DNA of 51,062 nucleotides from Candidatus Woesebacteria bacterium GW2011_GWB1_33_22. GTDB taxonomy: Bacteria; Patescibacteriota; Microgenomatia; UBA8517. Where the stretch lies: NCBI GenBank assembly GCA_000989765.1, contig LBOW01000004.1, positions 1 through 51,062 of the forward strand, in the 5' to 3' direction. Position numbers and translations under genes: made by a program. Shown here piece after piece: positions 47,419-51,062 of this stretch; position 1 is the first letter of the stretch; each line of letters opens with the position of its first letter. Under the pieces are notes generated by a model that was not told the origin of the DNA, ran no database searches, and was given only the letters and a program-made list of their open reading frames with translations.

Positions 47419-47979
47419 TTAAAGATTTACTTTTACAGATTTCATTTCATCAGAACTAACTTTCAAAAAATCTCCTGATTCAACTGTTTCCAAACCTTTT
47501 AGTTCTTCAAATTTAAATAGGTTAGCTATTATGTTTGTAGGAACAGTTGCCCTTTTGACATTGTAATCAGCTGTTAAGTCAATCAAAAGACGTCTTGAAT
47601 ACATGACTTTATCTGATGTATCTCGAAGTTCTCCCATTAAGTTTTCAACTACTGTATTTGCTTTAAGTTCAGGGTTACTTTCAACAACCACTCTAAGTCC
47701 TGATAATACATCAGAAATTTGTTTTGTTGCATCCTTTCCAGCTGAGACTAATTTTCTAGCTTCCGAGAGCATTTCAAGAATTCCTTTTTCGTGTGTTAAA
47801 TAACCTTTAACCGAGGCTTCAAGATTTGGTATTAAATCAGCTTGTCTTTTTAACTGGTTTCCAATTTCTTGGATTGATGCTTTAATTCTAGTTTTACTAG
47901 ATACAAAAAAATTATAAATTGAGACAACCCAAAAAATTACTAATGCTAGTAATCCTAATAATATATAAATAAAATTCAT
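47419..47979 (-). CDS. lemA: LemA family protein
   Basis: QLKRQADLIPNL, PELKAN, YN...PTNIIA; upstream of htpX. Confidence 0.93.
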   Translation of the reverse strand: MNFIYILLGLLALVIFWVVSIYNFFVSSKTRIKASIQEIGNQLKRQADLIPNLEASVKGYLTHEKGILEMLSEARKLVSAGKDATKQISDVLSGLRVVVESNPELKANTVVENLMGELRDTSDKVMYSRRLLIDLTADYNVKRATVPTNIIANLFKFEELKGLETVESGDFLKVSSDEMKSVKVNL

Positions 47980-49655
47980 TTAATATTCACCTCCTTCTTA
48001 AATTCTTCTAACTTCAGACAGTTTACTATATTTTTCTTCTCACACCAACCCCTTCTTGCAACATTTACTCCATATTTCATATTATCCATCATGGAAATTT
48101 CGTGAGTATCTGTACCAAGAGTTAATTTCACACCCAATTTAACAGCATCGCGGACCAAAGTGTCAGGTAAATCGAGTCTCATCGGATCTGCATTAATTTC
48201 CAAGAATTTATTATTTTTAAGACAGAAGTCAAAAATTTTCTCCCAATCAAGTTCAATTCCCTCTCTTTCGTTAATTTTCCGAGCACTAGGGTGAGCAAAA
48301 ATTAATGCTTTGGGGTAGGAGAGTGCTGTTAAAACTCTTTTGGTCATAGCATCTCTTCCTAGGTCAAAAACAGAATGAATTGATACTAAGGCAAAGTCAA
48401 GTGTATTAAGGCCTGCCTCAGGTACGGGTAAACTGCCATCTTTATTAATATCAATCTCAAGAGAATTGAATACTTTTATAGGCCAATTTCTTTCACGAAT
48501 ATATTCTTCTTTTGCTTTGAGTAAATCTGTTATTCGATTAAGGCTATGGCCTTTCTTACTTGGGTTATGTTCCGTGAAAGCTATGTATTCATAACCTAAC
48601 ACCTGTGCCCTATTCGCTATATCTTCTGCCGAGGATACTCCTAAATCATGACTTGTTTCAATATCGAAGTCTGAATGTATTTGAAGATCGCCCTTAATAT
48701 CTTCTTGTTTTACCAAAAGCGGTAGACCATTTGGTTTACCCTGAGCTTGCCGAAGGGACATTTTTATCTCCCCCATATCCTCCCTAAGTTCAGGTTCAAT
48801 ATAGTCTAGTCCTAAAAAATTATATAACTCTTCTTCTGTTTTAAAATTTTTATTAGGTTTAATACCATACTCTGAAAGAGAATATCCTTTGTTATGTGCA
48901 GATTCACGCAAAGCTATATTATGTTCTTTACTTCCTGTGAAATGTTGCAGGGCTGAGCCATATTGTTCTGAAGTTGTAACTAATAAATCAACCTGTACAT
49001 TATTTGGTAATAAAATAGAAGCTGTATGCTCCCCCGCCTCAATTACTTTTTGTGTTTTGGGATATTTTGTAAAATGTTTTATTATTTTTGCATTTTGATT
49101 TTTAAATTTTGATTTTACTAATATATCTATATCCCCTACCGTAGCTGTTTTTCTTCGTAGAGAGCCAAGACAATCTACCTTAAGTGTCTCAGGGCTTTCT
49201 TTTAACCATTCCATGACCTCAGAAGCTATATTTTGGGCATACGGGAGTGGGTGTCTTTTAGTTTTATTTATTACTTTATCAGCTTCTTTGAGTTTTTCTT
49301 TAATTTTTGATTTTGGTAGTTCTTTAAGCATTTTCATAGAAGTTTTAAGACCCACTTTAGGTAAGGCCATTAAAGTAAAGGCTTCTTTTGGAATTCCTTT
49401 CATTACCTCTTCAAAATGCCTGGATTTGCCTGTTTTAAATATTTCATCAAGGTAAGAAGCAATTGAAGGTCCAATTGATGGAACATCGGAAAGCTTTCCA
49501 TCATCCCACAAATCTTTAAGTTCTGAGGTTGAATGTTCTACTGCATCAGTAGCACGATTATAGGCAATAATCTGAAATTTGTATTTCTTTTCGTCTTTTA
49601 ACTGATAACTCGCAGCAACATTTCGTAGTAACTCAGCAATTTGAAGATTGGTCAT
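47976..49655 (-). CDS. polX: DNA polymerase X with PHP domain
   Basis: GSLRR...GDIDIL, FTGSKEHN, PELRE, PHP motifs, GTDTH. Confidence 0.93.
   Translation of the reverse strand: MTNLQIAELLRNVAASYQLKDEKKYKFQIIAYNRATDAVEHSTSELKDLWDDGKLSDVPSIGPSIASYLDEIFKTGKSRHFEEVMKGIPKEAFTLMALPKVGLKTSMKMLKELPKSKIKEKLKEADKVINKTKRHPLPYAQNIASEVMEWLKESPETLKVDCLGSLRRKTATVGDIDILVKSKFKNQNAKIIKHFTKYPKTQKVIEAGEHTASILLPNNVQVDLLVTTSEQYGSALQHFTGSKEHNIALRESAHNKGYSLSEYGIKPNKNFKTEEELYNFLGLDYIEPELREDMGEIKMSLRQAQGKPNGLPLLVKQEDIKGDLQIHSDFDIETSHDLGVSSAEDIANRAQVLGYEYIAFTEHNPSKKGHSLNRITDLLKAKEEYIRERNWPIKVFNSLEIDINKDGSLPVPEAGLNTLDFALVSIHSVFDLGRDAMTKRVLTALSYPKALIFAHPSARKINEREGIELDWEKIFDFCLKNNKFLEINADPMRLDLPDTLVRDAVKLGVKLTLGTDTHEISMMDNMKYGVNVARRGWCEKKNIVNCLKLEEFKKEVNIK
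48738..48757. repeat. REP-like insertion in polX (LRQAQG)
   Basis: ACCCTGAGCTTGCCGAAGGG, GC-rich, at the PolX/PHP junction. Confidence 0.6.
49085..49119. repeat. Heptamer array in polX
   Basis: TTTTTGC ATTTTGA TTTTTAA ATTTTGA TTTTACT, encoding KSKFKNQNAK. Confidence 0.6.
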
Positions 49656-49831
49656 CAAGAACCACGCTTAATTTCATCACTTTCAGGCACACTTGTTGGC
49701 ATATGTATAGATCCAATACCTTCCTTTTCTTTCCTTAATTTTTCATTTAATTCTTCTAAAGTTAGTCTTTCTCGTTGTTCTTGAAGAGAACCTTCTTGAA
49801 TATTTTTCTGTTCTGGTATTAAATTACCCAT
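49655..49831 (-). CDS. 58-aa hypothetical protein (not in ORF track)
   Basis: MGNLIPEQKNIQEG...IKRGS; TGATG overlap with polX; TAATAT 6 nt before the ATG. Confidence 0.55.
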   Translation of the reverse strand: MGNLIPEQKNIQEGSLQEQRERLTLEELNEKLRKEKEGIGSIHMPTSVPESDEIKRGS

Positions 49832-49870
49832 GTTTTAATATTAAAATATTTTTTTATAAAATACAATAGG

Positions 49871-50068
49871 TTATTTTTCCTTTTTATCTTCCTCTTTTTT
49901 CCAAACTTGCCCCTTAGTTCTTTCGTTTTCTAAAATTTGATTTAAAAGGTCAGGATCTACTGGATCATTAAGTTTTTTGCTTTTTTTCTTTTTAGAAAGA
50001 TTTTCAATAATTTTTCTAGTTTCTTCATCGGTTCTTTCACCTGTTGTTTGCGTTTTATTTTCGGACAT
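49871..50068 (-). CDS. Small charged hypothetical protein
   Basis: TGaTATAAT 6 nt before the ATG. Confidence 0.6.
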   Translation of the reverse strand: MSENKTQTTGERTDEETRKIIENLSKKKKSKKLNDPVDPDLLNQILENERTKGQVWKKEEDKKEK

Positions 50069-50096
50069 AATTCAATTATATCAAAATCTAAGCCCT

Positions 50097-50393
50097 TGGC
50101 GGGATCGACGAGACTCGAACTCGCAACCTCTTCCGTGCAAAAAATCTTTCTGTTTCCAAAAAGCTTGGACTATCTCATCCCCGTTAGATGATAACACTAT
50201 CTCACGGGGCCAGGTATATAGTCTCTACACGTTTATCATTCGACTTCGCTCGTGACAAGTTGGTCAAACAAATTTAGCTCGGGATTATCATTTTAAAGAT
50301 TTCCCCGAATTAGCCTGGTTTACATCTAACTATTGCTAGAAAGAGCTGCCACTAAAGACAGGGAAGCGCTCTAACCAATTGAGCTACGACCCC
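50097..50393 (-). tRNA. tRNA-Asp(GTC), intron-split (exons 50393-50358 and 50137-50097)
   Basis: Joined exons give GGGGTCG/CGATCCC acceptor, CTTCC-CTGTCAC-GGAAG anticodon arm, TTCGAGT T loop, G-CCA end. Confidence 0.93.
50138..50357 (-). ncRNA. Group I intron (220 nt, no ORF) at anticodon position 35/36
   Basis: Exon ends in U, intron ends in G; P1 CUGU|C with GGCAG (U.G at splice site); P3 CCAGG/CCUGG; P7 AGAGACUA/GAUAGUCC; P8 CCCCGU/ACGGGG. Confidence 0.92.
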
Positions 50394-50439
50394 GCCAAGA
50401 ACTTTACAAACCAATTTTACTACAAAATACACTCAAACT

Positions 50440-50850
50440 CTACCAATAATAATTCTTGGCAAAAATTACACGGTTTTTTTGATTGTTCTTAGAATCAGCA
50501 ACTCGAATATTTAATTTTCTTTTGTTTAAAAATATACTCTTAGGAAAGTAACAAAGACGATCAATTTTTGGAATAAATACTACTAAGGCGTCAACTTGAT
50601 CATTTTGATATGTATGGACTGAGTTGTGTCGATCTATATATTCCAATTTAACCACAACTACACCACTGGAGTTTGAAGAAATTCCATCTGCATATTTAAC
50701 CTGTACTCGTATAATTTTTGAATCCTTATCAATTAATAAATCATATTTAGTGTCATAAAGGGGTCGGCTCGGGATGTAGCCTAATTCAAAAGCTCTTAAT
50801 TCTGCTTTACTTACTGCCAATTGTCCTTTAATGTTGGATGTAATTTGCAC
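50440..50850 (-). CDS. PD-(D/E)XK endonuclease, group I intron-associated (I-Ssp6803I-like) family
   Basis: KGQLAV, YDLLID...RVQVK, Y...VDALVVF. Confidence 0.82.
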   Translation of the reverse strand: MQITSNIKGQLAVSKAELRAFELGYIPSRPLYDTKYDLLIDKDSKIIRVQVKYADGISSNSSGVVVVKLEYIDRHNSVHTYQNDQVDALVVFIPKIDRLCYFPKSIFLNKRKLNIRVADSKNNQKNRVIFAKNYYW

Positions 50851-51024
50851 TAATTACATCATAAAGTATATTGACACCAGGTGCAAGCTATATACTTAGT
50901 TTCGATATCGTCGATCCCACATTGGAAACTGGGCACAAAAGCTATATTGAAATATATATTTTATATTGTGTAGGATCAGATACTTATTCGACATTGAATA
51001 ATGTCAATTTCAACAGGAGTTAGT

Positions 51025-51062
51025 ATGAAAAGTGAATTTGTGTGGGGTAAAATCAAACACCC
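51025..51062 (+). CDS. Start of a CDS running off the window
   Basis: AGGAG at 51015-51019, then ATG AAA AGT...; open to the window end. Confidence 0.35.
   Translation, partial: MKSEFVWGKIKH

Noticed and set aside
49977-50255. 92-aa plus-strand ORF
   Set aside because: It is the antisense reading of the tRNA-Asp 3' exon and intron.
50911-50980. Possible c-di-GMP riboswitch (GGAAAC, TGGGCAC, AAAGC words)
   Set aside because: Required helices could not be built; needs a covariance-model search.
1-51062. CRISPR array or cas genes; intein in dnaE
   Set aside because: No repeat-spacer periodicity or Cas motifs seen; DnaE has normal length and no intein termini.

Overview
AT-rich bacterial chromosome segment. 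Gene content and pervasive leaderless genes suggest a Patescibacteria/CPR (Microgenomates-like) host; this assignment is inference. (i) 1-1023 is the end of a phage-like module with holin-like genes and Shine-Dalgarno sites, followed by an AbrB-family regulator, a promoter-led ~114-nt structured RNA of unknown class, and tRNA-His. (ii) 1649-14085 is a ~12.4-kb integrative element in the tRNA-His 3' end. It carries a large serine recombinase whose stop codon lies inside the att site, so excision would swap in a new 37-aa C-terminus. It also carries a P4-type primase-helicase with an SSB-like DIPF tail and a terminator/pseudoknot leader, an XRE regulator, membrane-protein and protease cargo, and a short Xer-like recombinase with an adjacent dif-like site. 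(iii) 14121-50068 is core genome: obgE, secG, uvrABC, uppP, lexA, gpmI-eno-ppsA-pgi-pgm, ruvC, rplS, dnaE, gatCAB, htpX, lemA and polX, plus an intact hicA with a broken hicB. Many core genes carry in-frame heptamer arrays or short palindromic insertions. (iv) tRNA-Asp(GUC) is split by a 220-nt group I intron, with a free-standing PD-(D/E)XK homing-type endonuclease directly upstream. All calls come from reading the sequence; no searches were run.
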